64,000 bases of DNA from an uncultured Acidobacteriota bacterium. GTDB lineage: Bacteria; Acidobacteriota; Thermoanaerobaculia; UBA5066; Gp7-AA6. Position numbers and translations under genes: made by a program. The notes under the pieces were generated by a model, which saw only the letters and a program-made list of their open reading frames with translations, was not told the DNA's origin and made no database searches. Positions 53,147 through 62,909 of this stretch are shown one piece after another (within the stretch, counting starts at the first letter, position 1; each line of letters begins with the position of its first letter). The stretch lies in NCBI GenBank assembly GCA_963843325.1, contig CAWJKC010000016.1:638319-702318 (forward strand), written 5' to 3'.

Positions 53147-54418
53147 ATGAGAGCACGCGCGGTCATCCTGGCAGGCGGCGAGGGCTCGCGCCTCGGCGTC
53201 CTGACGGAGAAGCGCGCCAAGCCCGCGGTGCCCTTCGCGGGCAAGTACCGCATCATCGACTTCACGCTTTCCAACTGCGTGAACTCCGGGATCTCGGACG
53301 TGATGATCCTGACGCAGTACCGCCCGCACTCGCTCAACGAGCACATCGCGTCGGGACGGCCGTGGGACCTCGACCGCACGTTCACCGGCGGCGTCCAGAT
53401 CTACCAGCCCTTCCGCGGGCGCGCGGCGACGGACTGGTACCGCGGCACCGCGGACGCGATCGCGCAGAACCTCTCCTTCGTCGAGCGCGGCGCGCCGGAC
53501 CTCGTGCTCGTGCTCTCGGGCGACCACATCTACAAGATGAACTACGGGTGGCTGATCGCCTTCCACATCGAGAAGCAGGCCGACGTCACGATCGCGACGC
53601 TGAACGTGTCGCGCGACGAGGCGACGCGCATGGGCATCCTCGCCACCGACGTCGAGCAGCGCGTCACGCAGTTCGTCGAGAAGCCCGCCGATCCGCCGGG
53701 CACGCTCGCCTCGATGGGGATCTACGTCTTCGGGCGGCAGATGCTCTCGCAGGTGCTGGAAGAGGACTCCCGGCGCCGCGACTCGTCGCACGACTTCGGC
53801 AAGGACATCATTCCCCGCATGGTCACCGGCGGCATGCGCGTCTTCGCGTACCCGTTCCAGGGCTACTGGGTCGACGTCGGGACCGTCGAGGCGTACTGGC
53901 AGACGCAGATGGACCTGTTGAAGACGCCGCCGCCCGTGGACCTGAACGACCGCGCGTGGATCGTCCACACGCGGTCCGAGGAGCGGCCGCCCGTGCTCAT
54001 CCAGAAGGGCGCGACCGTCAAGGACAGCCTGATCACCGACGGCTGCGTCGTCTCGGCCGGGGCGCGCGTCGAGAAGAGCATCCTCTCGCCCGGCGTCTTC
54101 GTCGGGCCCGACGCCGTCATCCGCGAGTCGGTGATCCTGACGGACACGTTCGTCGACGCCGGAGCGCGCATCGAGCGCGCGATCGTGGACAAGGGCGTCA
54201 AGATCGGGCGCAAGGCCCGCATCGGCAAGCTGGTGAAGGGCGAGAAGCCGACCGAGGGCCACGGCATCACGACGATCGGCAAGAACGCGGAGATCCCCGA
54301 CGGCGTCACGGTCCGCCGGGGCACCGTCATCCACACCGACGTCACCGCCGAGCACTTCACGCCGGCCGCCAAGCGCAAGCGCGCCGCGGCCAAGCGCAAG
54401 GAAGCGGCCGGGACCTAG
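53147..54418 (+). CDS. glgC: glucose-1-phosphate adenylyltransferase
   Basis: [50 protein letters not shown]-terminal left-handed beta-helix. 423 aa, intact. Confidence 0.9.
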   Translation: MRARAVILAGGEGSRLGVLTEKRAKPAVPFAGKYRIIDFTLSNCVNSGISDVMILTQYRPHSLNEHIASGRPWDLDRTFTGGVQIYQPFRGRAATDWYRGTADAIAQNLSFVERGAPDLVLVLSGDHIYKMNYGWLIAFHIEKQADVTIATLNVSRDEATRMGILATDVEQRVTQFVEKPADPPGTLASMGIYVFGRQMLSQVLEEDSRRRDSSHDFGKDIIPRMVTGGMRVFAYPFQGYWVDVGTVEAYWQTQMDLLKTPPPVDLNDRAWIVHTRSEERPPVLIQKGATVKDSLITDGCVVSAGARVEKSILSPGVFVGPDAVIRESVILTDTFVDAGARIERAIVDKGVKIGRKARIGKLVKGEKPTEGHGITTIGKNAEIPDGVTVRRGTVIHTDVTAEHFTPAAKRKRAAAKRKEAAGT

Positions 54419-54434
54419 ACCGCGGCGCGGCCGC

Positions 54435-54941
54435 CTACGGGTGGAACTCTTCGTGCATCGGCGCCCCGGTCTCGAGGTCCTCGCCGAAAATCTCGACCGA
54501 CGTGACCGACGGCACGAGGAACGTCGTCTTCACGTGGACGAAGATCCTCTTCACGATGCCCTTCTTCCCGCCGATCCGGGCGATCGCGACCGGGCAGCCG
54601 TCGCGCATCCGGATGTCGAAGCTGCGGCCGAAGTCCGCCTTGAACGTCATCCGATAGCGGTCCGGCTTCTTCTCGGGCCGGGTGTCGAAGCCGTAGGCCC
54701 GGTTCCACTGGATCGAGGTGAGCTCCTCGCGCTGGCCCTTCTCGGCGTTGCAGATCCAGTAGGCGATCGCGGGCTTCGCGGGATCGAACGCGCCCGAGGG
54801 CAGCCGCTTCGCGTCGTAGACGACGATGTTCTTGTTCGTGCTGCGCTCGAGGATGAAGAGGTGCGGCGGGCAGGTCGCCGCGGCGGGCGGCACGGCCGCC
54901 TGGGCGAAGATCGAGACGACGAGGGCGGCGAGCGTCGGCAT
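54435..54941 (-). CDS. hypothetical secreted protein
   Basis: Signal peptide MPTLAALVVSIFAQAA. 168 aa, no recognised catalytic motif. Confidence 0.5.
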   Translation of the reverse strand: MPTLAALVVSIFAQAAVPPAAATCPPHLFILERSTNKNIVVYDAKRLPSGAFDPAKPAIAYWICNAEKGQREELTSIQWNRAYGFDTRPEKKPDRYRMTFKADFGRSFDIRMRDGCPVAIARIGGKKGIVKRIFVHVKTTFLVPSVTSVEIFGEDLETGAPMHEEFHP

Positions 54942-54958
54942 GGCGCGGGAAAGTTACC

Positions 54959-55972
54959 TCAGCTTCTGGCCTCCGGCAAAGCGCCCGCGAGCCAGGAGAG
55001 TACGAAATCCTCGGCCCAGTATCGGGGCCGCCCGGGCCACGCGCCCGCCACGAATCCGATGTGCCCTCCGTGCCGCGTGGTGCGGAAGTCGATCGCCGGC
55101 GAAGCGAGGCCTCGCGTGCGCGCGAGTGCCTCGGGCGGCAGGAAGGGATCGTCCTCGGCCGAAAGGCAGAGCGCGCGCGTCGCCACGCGCGAAACGAACC
55201 CGATCGAGCTCGCGCGGCGGTAGTAGTCGTCCGCTCCCGTGAATCCGTGCAGGGGCGCGTTGGCCGCATCGTCGAATTCCCAGAAGGACCGCGCGCGCAG
55301 GGCGCGGGGAATGTCCATCTTCGACGCGGCCTCGGGAAAACGGCGGGCGGCCTCGACCGCTTTGGTCTTGAGCGTCGCGAGAAAGTTGCCGACGTAGAGC
55401 CGCCCGAGCGTCGTCTCGAGGAAGCGTCCGCTCGCGCCGAGATCGTACGGCGTCGACACCGCCGCCGCGGCGGCGACCGCCTTCTGCCCCGGGTTTTCGC
55501 CCAGCCACTTCAGCAGGACGTTGCCGCCGAGCGAGACGCCGATCGCCGCGAGCGGCGTCGCCGGCTCCCGGCGCGAGAGCGTTCGGACGACGAAGTCGAG
55601 GTCGCTCGTTTCCCCGGAGTGGTAGAGGCGCGGCCGGCGATTGGGCAGCATGCGGTCGAGGTTCTTCGGATCGCGGGCGCAGGACCGGAAATTCATGGCC
55701 GTCGCGCGCCAGCCGCGCCGGGCCGCCCGCTGCAGGAACCCCTGGATGTAGACCGAGTTCGAGCTGCCTTCCAGTCCGTGGAGCAGCACGACACGCGGGG
55801 CCGAAGGCTCCCCCTCCATGTGGTCGAGGACGAGCTCGTCGCCGTCGGGCGTTTCGAGGGCCTCGCGCCGGAACTCGACCAGCCGGCGGCCGCGGGCCAT
55901 CCGCCCCCAGACGGTCTGGAGGTGGGGCCCCGGCAGCCACCAGGCGGGCAGAAATACAGTCTCGTCGCTCAT
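54959..55972 (-). CDS. alpha/beta-fold hydrolase (YheT-like)
   Basis: HGLEGSS oxyanion region, nucleophile elbow GVSLGGN, C-terminal ..HGGHIGF. 337 aa. Confidence 0.75.
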   Translation of the reverse strand: MSDETVFLPAWWLPGPHLQTVWGRMARGRRLVEFRREALETPDGDELVLDHMEGEPSAPRVVLLHGLEGSSNSVYIQGFLQRAARRGWRATAMNFRSCARDPKNLDRMLPNRRPRLYHSGETSDLDFVVRTLSRREPATPLAAIGVSLGGNVLLKWLGENPGQKAVAAAAAVSTPYDLGASGRFLETTLGRLYVGNFLATLKTKAVEAARRFPEAASKMDIPRALRARSFWEFDDAANAPLHGFTGADDYYRRASSIGFVSRVATRALCLSAEDDPFLPPEALARTRGLASPAIDFRTTRHGGHIGFVAGAWPGRPRYWAEDFVLSWLAGALPEARS

Positions 55973-56067
55973 GTTTTTCAGGGACGAATCGTCTCCGGGG
56001 AAGGACAGGGCAAAACCTTACCTCGCCAAACTCGTAAATTCTGCCGTTTGTCACAGAGGAGGATGAA

Positions 56068-57471
56068 ATGAAGGTTTCCCTGCGACCAGGGGTCCTGGCG
56101 GCCCTTGGAGCACTGGTCTTTGCGGCCGCCTCGAGCGCCGCTCCTGCCCCGGCCCCCGCCCCCTTCACGGTCCCCGTCGAATACACCAAGCTGCCGAACG
56201 GCCTGAAGGTCGTGTTCTCGCGGGACACGACGGCCCCGACCGCCGTCGTCGCGGTGTACTACAACATCGGCTTCCGGATCGAGCCGAAGGACCGCACGGG
56301 CTTCGCGCATCTCTTCGAGCACATGATGTTCCAGGGCTCCGAGAACCTCGGCAAGATGGAGTTCATCAAGCTCGTCCAGTCCAACGGCGGGATCCTGAAC
56401 GGCTCCACGCGGTTCGACTTCACGAACTACTTCGAGGTGGTTCCCGCGCACGCCCTCGAGACCGCGCTCTGGGCCGAGGCCGACCGCATGCGGGGCCTCG
56501 CGATCAACGCCGACAACCTCAAGAACCAGCAGGAGGTCGTCAAGAACGAGGTGCGCGTCAACGTCCTGAACCAGCCGTACGGCGGCTTCCCGTGGCTCGA
56601 CCTGCCGCAGTACGCCAACGCCAACTGGTACAACGCGCACAACTTCTACGGCGACCTGAAGGACCTCGACGCGGCCACGCTCAAGGACGTCGAGAGCTTC
56701 TTCAAGACGTTCTATGCGCCGAACAACGCGGTGCTCGTCGTCGTCGGCGACTTCGACGCGGCGCAGACGATGGAGTGGGTCAAGAAGTACTTCGGCCCGA
56801 TCCCGTCGGCGACGCTTCCGGCGAAGCCCGACATCTCCGAGGCGAAGCAGGACAAGGAAAAGCGCGCCACCAAGGCCGACCCGATCGCGACCCGACCGGC
56901 GCTGGCCGTCGGATACCACGCGCCGCCGCGCAACACGTCCGAGTACTTCGCGATGGGGATCCTCGATCAGATCCTCGTGCAGGGCAAGGACAGCCGGCTG
57001 TACCAGGCCCTCGTCCAGAAGAACCAGCTGACGGGCGACGTCAACGGCGGCATCAACTCGGGCCTCGGCGACATGTACAACATCAACGGCCCCACGCTCT
57101 GGGACGTGTCGCTCTTCTACGACAAGGACAAGACCTCCGACCAGATCCTCGCCGTCATCGACGTCGAGATCGAAAAGGTGCGCACGACGCCGGTCGACCA
57201 GGCGACGCTGGACCGGGCGCTCGTGAAGATGCGCTCGGACCTCTACGACAAGATCGAGCAGACGGGAGGCTTCGGCCGCGCGGACCTGCTCGCGAGCTTC
57301 GCGCTCTTCGACGACGACCCGGCAAAGATCAACCAGCTCGAGGAGCAGTTCCGAAAGGTCACGCCCGAGATGCTGCAGAAGACGGCGCAGGAGTACCTGC
57401 GTCCCGAGAACCGGACGATCCTGCTCATCGATCCCAAGGGCGAGGCCAAGGCGCCCAAGAGCGGCTCGTAG
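56068..57471 (+). CDS. M16 family zinc peptidase (active subunit)
   Basis: Signal peptide; inverted zinc motif HLFEHMMFQGS; 467 aa. Confidence 0.85.
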   Translation: MKVSLRPGVLAALGALVFAAASSAAPAPAPAPFTVPVEYTKLPNGLKVVFSRDTTAPTAVVAVYYNIGFRIEPKDRTGFAHLFEHMMFQGSENLGKMEFIKLVQSNGGILNGSTRFDFTNYFEVVPAHALETALWAEADRMRGLAINADNLKNQQEVVKNEVRVNVLNQPYGGFPWLDLPQYANANWYNAHNFYGDLKDLDAATLKDVESFFKTFYAPNNAVLVVVGDFDAAQTMEWVKKYFGPIPSATLPAKPDISEAKQDKEKRATKADPIATRPALAVGYHAPPRNTSEYFAMGILDQILVQGKDSRLYQALVQKNQLTGDVNGGINSGLGDMYNINGPTLWDVSLFYDKDKTSDQILAVIDVEIEKVRTTPVDQATLDRALVKMRSDLYDKIEQTGGFGRADLLASFALFDDDPAKINQLEEQFRKVTPEMLQKTAQEYLRPENRTILLIDPKGEAKAPKSGS

Positions 57472-57487
57472 GAAAGAGGACAAAGCC

Positions 57488-58864
57488 ATGAAAAAGAAAC
57501 TCGCGCTCTTCTCGCTCGCCCTCGCGCTCGCGCCCTCGGTCCGCGCCGACAAGCAGGCCCCGCCGCCGCCCGCCGCGCCCAAGGGCTTTTCCGTTCCGCA
57601 GCCGAAGACCTTCACGCTCGAGAACGGCCTCGCCGTCACGCTCGTCCCGTACGGGACCGTCCCCAAGGTCACCGTCCGCCTCGCGGTCCTGACCGGCAAC
57701 GCCAACGAGGCCGCCAACCAGGTCTGGATGGCCGACCTCGTGGGCGACATGCTGACCGAAGGCACCGCGACCCGCACCGCCTCGCAGATCGCCGAGGATG
57801 CGGCCAAGATGGGCGGCTCGGTCGACGTGACGGTCGGCGAGAACCGCACGGACATCGGCGGCGACGTCCTCTCTGAGTTCGGCCCGAACCTCGTCGCGCT
57901 CGTGGCCGACGTTGCGCGGCACCCGAAGTTCCCGGAATCCGACTTCGCGCGCGTCAAGGCCGACCGTCTGCGTCAGCTCTCGATCGCGCGCAGCCAGCCG
58001 CAGCCGCTGGCGCAGGAGAAGTTCCGCGCCGTGCTCTACGGCGATCATCCGTACGGCCGCCTCTTCCCGACCGAGGCGGCGCTGCAGGGCTACACCATCG
58101 CGCAGGTCCGCGACTTCTACGACAAGAACTATGGCGCGGGGCGCTCGCATCTCTACGTGGCCGGCCGCTTCGACGCGGCGGCCATGGAGGCCGCGATCCG
58201 CAAGGGGTTCGGCGACTGGAAGCGCGGCGCCGCCCCGCAGATCCCGCCCGCCAATCCCAAGAGCTCGCGCGCGGTCTACATCCTGGATCGCCCCGGCGCC
58301 GTCCAGTCCACGATCCTGATGGGCATGCCCGTCATCGACCCGTCCAAGCCCGACTGGGACGCGCTGTTCCTGATGAACGTGCTGCTCGGCGGATCGTTCG
58401 CTTCGCGCATCACCTCGAACATCCGCGAGGCCAAGGGCTACACGTACTCGCCGAACGGGCAACTCTCGAATCGCTACCACGACGCGTACTGGGCCGAGGC
58501 CGCCGACGTCACGACGAACGTGACCGGGCCCGCCGTCAAGGAGATCTTCGGCGAGGTCGACCGGCTGCAGGCCGAGCCGCCGTCGGACAAGGAGCTCAAG
58601 GGATTCCAGAACTACCGCGCCGGCGTCTTCATCCTCCAGAACTCCTCGCGCGGCGGCATCATCGGTCAGCTCGAGTTCGTGGACCTGCACGGCCTGCCGG
58701 CGGACTACCTGAACGGCTACGTCAAGCGCCTCTACGCGATCACGCCCGCGCAGGTGCAGCAGATGGCCAAGAAGTACATCCAGGACGACAAGGCCACGAT
58801 CGTCGTCGTCGGGGACAAGAAGGTCATCGAGGAGCAGCTCAAGCCGTTCGGGCCGCTGAAGTAG
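57488..58864 (+). CDS. M16 family peptidase, probable non-catalytic partner
   Basis: Signal peptide, M16 fold but no HxxEH in the equivalent position. 458 aa. 16-bp gap from upstream M16 gene. Confidence 0.8.
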   Translation: MKKKLALFSLALALAPSVRADKQAPPPPAAPKGFSVPQPKTFTLENGLAVTLVPYGTVPKVTVRLAVLTGNANEAANQVWMADLVGDMLTEGTATRTASQIAEDAAKMGGSVDVTVGENRTDIGGDVLSEFGPNLVALVADVARHPKFPESDFARVKADRLRQLSIARSQPQPLAQEKFRAVLYGDHPYGRLFPTEAALQGYTIAQVRDFYDKNYGAGRSHLYVAGRFDAAAMEAAIRKGFGDWKRGAAPQIPPANPKSSRAVYILDRPGAVQSTILMGMPVIDPSKPDWDALFLMNVLLGGSFASRITSNIREAKGYTYSPNGQLSNRYHDAYWAEAADVTTNVTGPAVKEIFGEVDRLQAEPPSDKELKGFQNYRAGVFILQNSSRGGIIGQLEFVDLHGLPADYLNGYVKRLYAITPAQVQQMAKKYIQDDKATIVVVGDKKVIEEQLKPFGPLK

Positions 58865-58875
58865 ATCCCCCGCTC

Positions 58876-59451
58876 TTACGCTCGCCCTCTCCCCCGCCCG
58901 GGGGAGAGGGCTTTCTTTTTCGGCCTCAGAAATGCCGGCTTCTTCTTCGCCGCTCTTGCATAGACCGGGCAGCTCGGCACGTGCGCGCCCCGCAGGTAGC
59001 CGGTCGACATCAGGAACGACCCGACGATCTCGCCGCCGGTGAAGACGAACGTCTTCTTGAAGAGCTTCTGCCACTCCTTCGCCGAGAGCGGATGGTGCGC
59101 GTCGAGCCACTTCGCGAAGGAGCCGTGCGACTCGCGGATCGCCAGAATGCGCTTCGCGTTCTCGATCACGGCGTTGATCTTCAAGCGGTTGCGGATGATG
59201 CCGGCGTCATTCATGAGCCGCCGGAACTCGCGGGCACCGTACGCGGCGACGACGTCCGGATCGAAGCCCTCGAACGCCTTCCGGAAGTTCTCGCGCTTGA
59301 CGAGCATCGTCAGCCAGGACAACCCGGCCTGGTTGATCTCGAGGGCGAGCCGCTCGAGCAGCGCGGCGTCGGTGCGGATCGGAAAGCCGTACTCGCGGTC
59401 GTGGTACGGGCCGTGCCATGGATGGCCCTGGGAGATGCGGCAGTAGCTCAT
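58876..59451 (-). CDS. tag: DNA-3-methyladenine glycosylase I
   Basis: ATG at 59451; PWHGPYHDREYGFP.., EINQAGLSWLTML, FVFTGGEIVGSFLMSTGY. Lys-rich C-terminal tail overlaps the palindrome. Confidence 0.8.
   Translation of the reverse strand: MSYCRISQGHPWHGPYHDREYGFPIRTDAALLERLALEINQAGLSWLTMLVKRENFRKAFEGFDPDVVAAYGAREFRRLMNDAGIIRNRLKINAVIENAKRILAIRESHGSFAKWLDAHHPLSAKEWQKLFKKTFVFTGGEIVGSFLMSTGYLRGAHVPSCPVYARAAKKKPAFLRPKKKALSPGRGRGRA
58884..58921. repeat. GC-rich palindromic element GCCCTCTCCCCCGCCCGGGGGAGAGGGC plus T-tract (terminator-like), copy 1
   Basis: Perfect 12-bp-arm palindrome followed by CTTTCTTTTT. Lies between convergent M16 and tag genes and overlaps the tag 3' end. Confidence 0.5.
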
Positions 59452-59494
59452 CGGCGGAGGATATGTCGGGCGCACGCGGCGTATCATCGAGCGC

Positions 59495-59872
59495 ATGAAG
59501 AAACTGCTGCTCACGCTGCTGGTCCTCGGGGTTGCCTGGTACCTCGCGAAGAACTTCGGACTGCTGCCCGCGAGCGTCGCAGGAAGCGGATCGACCACGA
59601 CGGCGCCGATCGATCGGGCGCGCACGGCCGCGGCGGCCAGCGACGCGCGGACGGCCGCGGGACAGGGGGTCGCGCGGGAGGCGGACCAGCCGGTCAACGG
59701 CGGGACCGTGACCGAGAACATGACGCCGGACCAGGTGCGCGCGCTGATCGGATCGCCGGACGACGTCTCGACCGAAACGACGGCCTCGGGCGGGCCGCGG
59801 GAGATCTGGACTTATCGCAGCGTCGGGAAGACGGTCATCTTCGAGAACGGCGTCGTGGCGGGGGTGCGGTAG
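59495..59872 (+). CDS. membrane-anchored SmpA/OmlA (BamE-like) domain protein
   Basis: N-terminal TM, C-terminal MTPDQVRALIGSPDDV...REIWTYRSVGKTVIFENGVVAGV. Paralog of 19646..20044. Confidence 0.55.
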   Translation: MKKLLLTLLVLGVAWYLAKNFGLLPASVAGSGSTTTAPIDRARTAAAASDARTAAGQGVAREADQPVNGGTVTENMTPDQVRALIGSPDDVSTETTASGGPREIWTYRSVGKTVIFENGVVAGVR

Positions 59873-59889
59873 GCGGGCCCCCCTCACCC

Positions 59890-59925
59890 TGCCCTCTCCC
59901 CCCGCCGGGAGGAGAGGGTTATCCA
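59890..59925. repeat. GC-rich palindromic element, copy 2 (GCCCTCTCCCCCCGCCGGGAGGAGAGGGT)
   Basis: Near-identical arms to the 58884 element. Lies between convergent hypothetical gene and ABC permease gene. Confidence 0.45.
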
Positions 59926-59950
59926 AAGGGACGACGCCGGCGTGGTGCGC

Positions 59951-61066
59951 TTACGAGGCGGTCTTCTTGAAGCGGGCCACCGCGAGCCCGATGATCAGGA
60001 TCGTGTAGAAGGCCAGCCACGCGATCGGCCGCCACAGATCGGCCAGTCCCGCCCCCCGCAGGATGATCCCGCGCAGCACCTCGATGAAGTAGCGCGCCGG
60101 GATGATCCGCGACATGTACTGGAAGATCTTCGGCATCCCGTCGACCGGGAAGATGTAGCCCGACAGGAACACGAAGGGCAGCAGGAAGAACGTCGACATC
60201 TGCATGGCCTGCATCTGCGTCCTGGCGATCGTCGAGATCAGCATGCCGAGGCCGAGCACGGCGGCGATGAAGAGCAGGCCGACCACGTACAGCTCGACGA
60301 TCGAGCCCTGGATCGGGATCTGGAACAGGAACCGCATGAGCAGGATCACCATCGTCAACTGCACGTAGCCGATCACGGTGAAGGGAAGGATCTTCCCCAG
60401 GATGATCTCCGTCCGCGTGGCCGGCGTGACCTGCAGCTGCTCGAGGGTGCCGCGCTCGCGCTCGCGCACGATGGCGCTGGCCGTGAACTGGATGAGCGTG
60501 AAGGTCAGGATGATCGCGATGAGGCCGGGAATGATGAAGCTCGCGGTCTTCAATTCCGGGTTGTACCAGGGCCGCACGCGCAGGTCGACCGGCAGCGAGT
60601 TCGCCTTCCAGCCGGCGCGCTGCGCGAGGATGCGGATCGACAGGCCGTTCGAGATCCCCGCGGCGATCGACATGGCCTGGCTGGCCGTCGTGGTGTCCGA
60701 GGCATTGACGATGAGCAGCGCCTTCGCCGGCGCTCCGCGGTGGATGTCCTTGCCGAAGTCGCGGTCGATGACCAGACCGACCGACGCGCGCGCCCCGTCG
60801 ATCCAGCTCCGCAGCTCCGCGAGCGAGCCGGCCGCGCCGACGACGTCGAAGTATTCGGTCGACGTCATCCTGGCCACGAGCTCGCGGCTCTCGTACGAGC
60901 GCGCCTCGTCGAGGACGACCGTCTTCAGATGCTTGACGTCGTAGTTGATCGCATACCCGAAGATCAGCGTCTGCAGGATCGGCACCATCACGATCATCCG
61001 GACCGTGATCGGGTCGCGCTTCAACTGCAGGAATTCCTTCCACGTCAGGGCGAGCAGGCGCTTCAT
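59951..61066 (-). CDS. ABC-2 type transporter permease
   Basis: 6-TM ABC-2 permease (371 aa), YbhS/YbhR-like. Upstream part of the 608-aa track ORF is filler. Confidence 0.85.
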   Translation of the reverse strand: MKRLLALTWKEFLQLKRDPITVRMIVMVPILQTLIFGYAINYDVKHLKTVVLDEARSYESRELVARMTSTEYFDVVGAAGSLAELRSWIDGARASVGLVIDRDFGKDIHRGAPAKALLIVNASDTTTASQAMSIAAGISNGLSIRILAQRAGWKANSLPVDLRVRPWYNPELKTASFIIPGLIAIILTFTLIQFTASAIVRERERGTLEQLQVTPATRTEIILGKILPFTVIGYVQLTMVILLMRFLFQIPIQGSIVELYVVGLLFIAAVLGLGMLISTIARTQMQAMQMSTFFLLPFVFLSGYIFPVDGMPKIFQYMSRIIPARYFIEVLRGIILRGAGLADLWRPIAWLAFYTILIIGLAVARFKKTAS

Positions 61067-62019
61067 ACGGCGACCTTCTCCGTCGGCGCGGGCTGCTGTC
61101 GCGCGAGCGACACGAACACGTCCTCGAGCGAAGGCTCGGCCTCCGCGGGCGGCCCGAAGCGGGCGGCGAGCGCGCGCGCCGGCGCGACTTCGTTCGCCTT
61201 CGCCACGACGCGCAGGCGGCGCCCGAAGAGGTAGGCGTCGTCGAGCGGCGGTGCTCCCTTCACCTCCGAGAGGGCCGCGAAAGCGTCGATCGCCGGCGTG
61301 ACCTCGAAGATCCGCCCTCGCAGCGCGTCCTTCAGATCGTGCGGCGTGCCTTCGGCGATGAGCTTGCCGTTCAGGATGAACGCGAGCCGGTCGCACTGTT
61401 CGGCCTCGTCCATGTAGTGCGTCGTCACGAGGACCGTCATCCCGCGCTCGGCCGCGAGCTCGTAGATGAGGTCCCAGAAGAGCCGGCGGCCCTTCGGGTC
61501 GACTCCCCCGGTCGGCTCGTCGAGAAACAGCAGCTCCGGCTCGTGCAGCAGCGCGGCCGCGAGCGCCACGCGCTGCCTCTGGCCCGTCGAGAGCCCGTCG
61601 GTCATCAGCGGCAGGAGGCTCTCGAAGCCGAGGCGCTTCGAGAGCGCCGCCACGCGCTCGGACAGGCGCGCGACCGGCAGGCCGTAGATCGACCCGAAGA
61701 AGCGCAGGTTCTCGTCCACCGTCAGGTCGACGTACAGCGAAAACTTCTGGCTCATGTAGCCGAGCCCCGTCTTCCACTTCTCCGCGTCGCGCACGACGTC
61801 GAGGCCGCCGAAACCCGTCGCCGAGCCCGAGGTCGGCGCGAGCAGTCCCGTGAGCATGCGGATCGTCGTCGACTTGCCCGAGCCGTTGGGGCCGAGGAAC
61901 CCGAAGACCTTTCCGCGCGGCACGTCGAAGTCGACCGCGTCCACCGCCGTGAAGGCGCCGAAGCGACGCGTCAGGCCGCGCACCTGGAGGAACGGTCCCG
62001 GAGCCGCCGCGCCGCTCAC
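61063..62019 (-). CDS. ABC transporter ATP-binding protein
   Basis: Walker A GPNGSGKST, signature LSTGQRQRV, Walker B LLFLDEPTGGVD. 4-nt overlaps with neighbours. Confidence 0.9.
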   Translation of the reverse strand: MSGAAAPGPFLQVRGLTRRFGAFTAVDAVDFDVPRGKVFGFLGPNGSGKSTTIRMLTGLLAPTSGSATGFGGLDVVRDAEKWKTGLGYMSQKFSLYVDLTVDENLRFFGSIYGLPVARLSERVAALSKRLGFESLLPLMTDGLSTGQRQRVALAAALLHEPELLFLDEPTGGVDPKGRRLFWDLIYELAAERGMTVLVTTHYMDEAEQCDRLAFILNGKLIAEGTPHDLKDALRGRIFEVTPAIDAFAALSEVKGAPPLDDAYLFGRRLRVVAKANEVAPARALAARFGPPAEAEPSLEDVFVSLARQQPAPTEKVAV

Positions 62020-62909
62020 GCCGCGGCCTCCTCTTCGCTCTTGAGCACGAAGACGTCCTCGAGCGAAGGCGCCGCCGGCGCGATCGCCTCGGGAGCCACG
62101 AGGTCCGCGAGCGCGCGCCGGACCGCCGACAGCAGGTCGGGGCCCGCCGATGCCGCGCCGCGGACGTGGAGCTGCGTGCCGAAGAGCGACACGTCGTCGA
62201 CCTCGGGAAGCTGCGCCAGCCGCTCGCGCACGTGGACGCGGTCCGAGGACCGCACGACGAGCAGCGTCCGGGAGTAGGCCGCGAGGATCTCTTCCCGCGT
62301 GCCGAGCGCGGACAGGCGCCCCTCGTCCAGGAAGCCGATGCGGGAGGCGTACTCGGCCTCGTCCATGTACGGCGTCGAGACGAGGATCGTGAGGCCGTCG
62401 TGGTGAAGCTCGTTCAAGAGCGACCAGAACTCGCGCCGCGAGACCGGATCGACGCCCGTCGTGGGCTCGTCGAGCAACAGGAGCTGCGGCCGCGTCAGCA
62501 GCGCCGCCACGAGGGCCAGCTTCTGCTTCATGCCGCCCGACAGCGCCCCGGCCAGTCGCTTGCCGAAGCGCTCGAGGCCGACGCGCGCGAGCAGGTCGGC
62601 GGCGCGGGCCTTCGCGTCCTGCTTCGGCACGTCGTACAGCCGCGCCCGCAGCGTGAGGTTCTCGTCGATCGAGAGGTCCTCGTACATCGCGAAGCGCTGC
62701 GGCACGAACCCGAAGGTCACGCCGGGCTCGCGCTCGAGCGTCCCCGAAGTCGGCGCGAGCAGGCCCGCCACGATCCGGAAGAACGTCGTCTTGCCCGCGC
62801 CGTCCGGACCGATCAGGCCGAACATCTCCCCCTTCGCGACCGCGAGGTCGACGTTGCGCAGCGCCGTCTTCGCGCCGAAGGACTTCGTCAGGCCCCGTGC
62901 CGTGATCAC
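62016..62909 (-). CDS. ABC transporter ATP-binding protein (second ATPase subunit)
   Basis: Walker A GPDGAGKTT, signature LSGGMKQKL, Walker B LLLLDEPTTGVD. Confidence 0.9.
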   Translation of the reverse strand: MITARGLTKSFGAKTALRNVDLAVAKGEMFGLIGPDGAGKTTFFRIVAGLLAPTSGTLEREPGVTFGFVPQRFAMYEDLSIDENLTLRARLYDVPKQDAKARAADLLARVGLERFGKRLAGALSGGMKQKLALVAALLTRPQLLLLDEPTTGVDPVSRREFWSLLNELHHDGLTILVSTPYMDEAEYASRIGFLDEGRLSALGTREEILAAYSRTLLVVRSSDRVHVRERLAQLPEVDDVSLFGTQLHVRGAASAGPDLLSAVRRALADLVAPEAIAPAAPSLEDVFVLKSEEEAAA

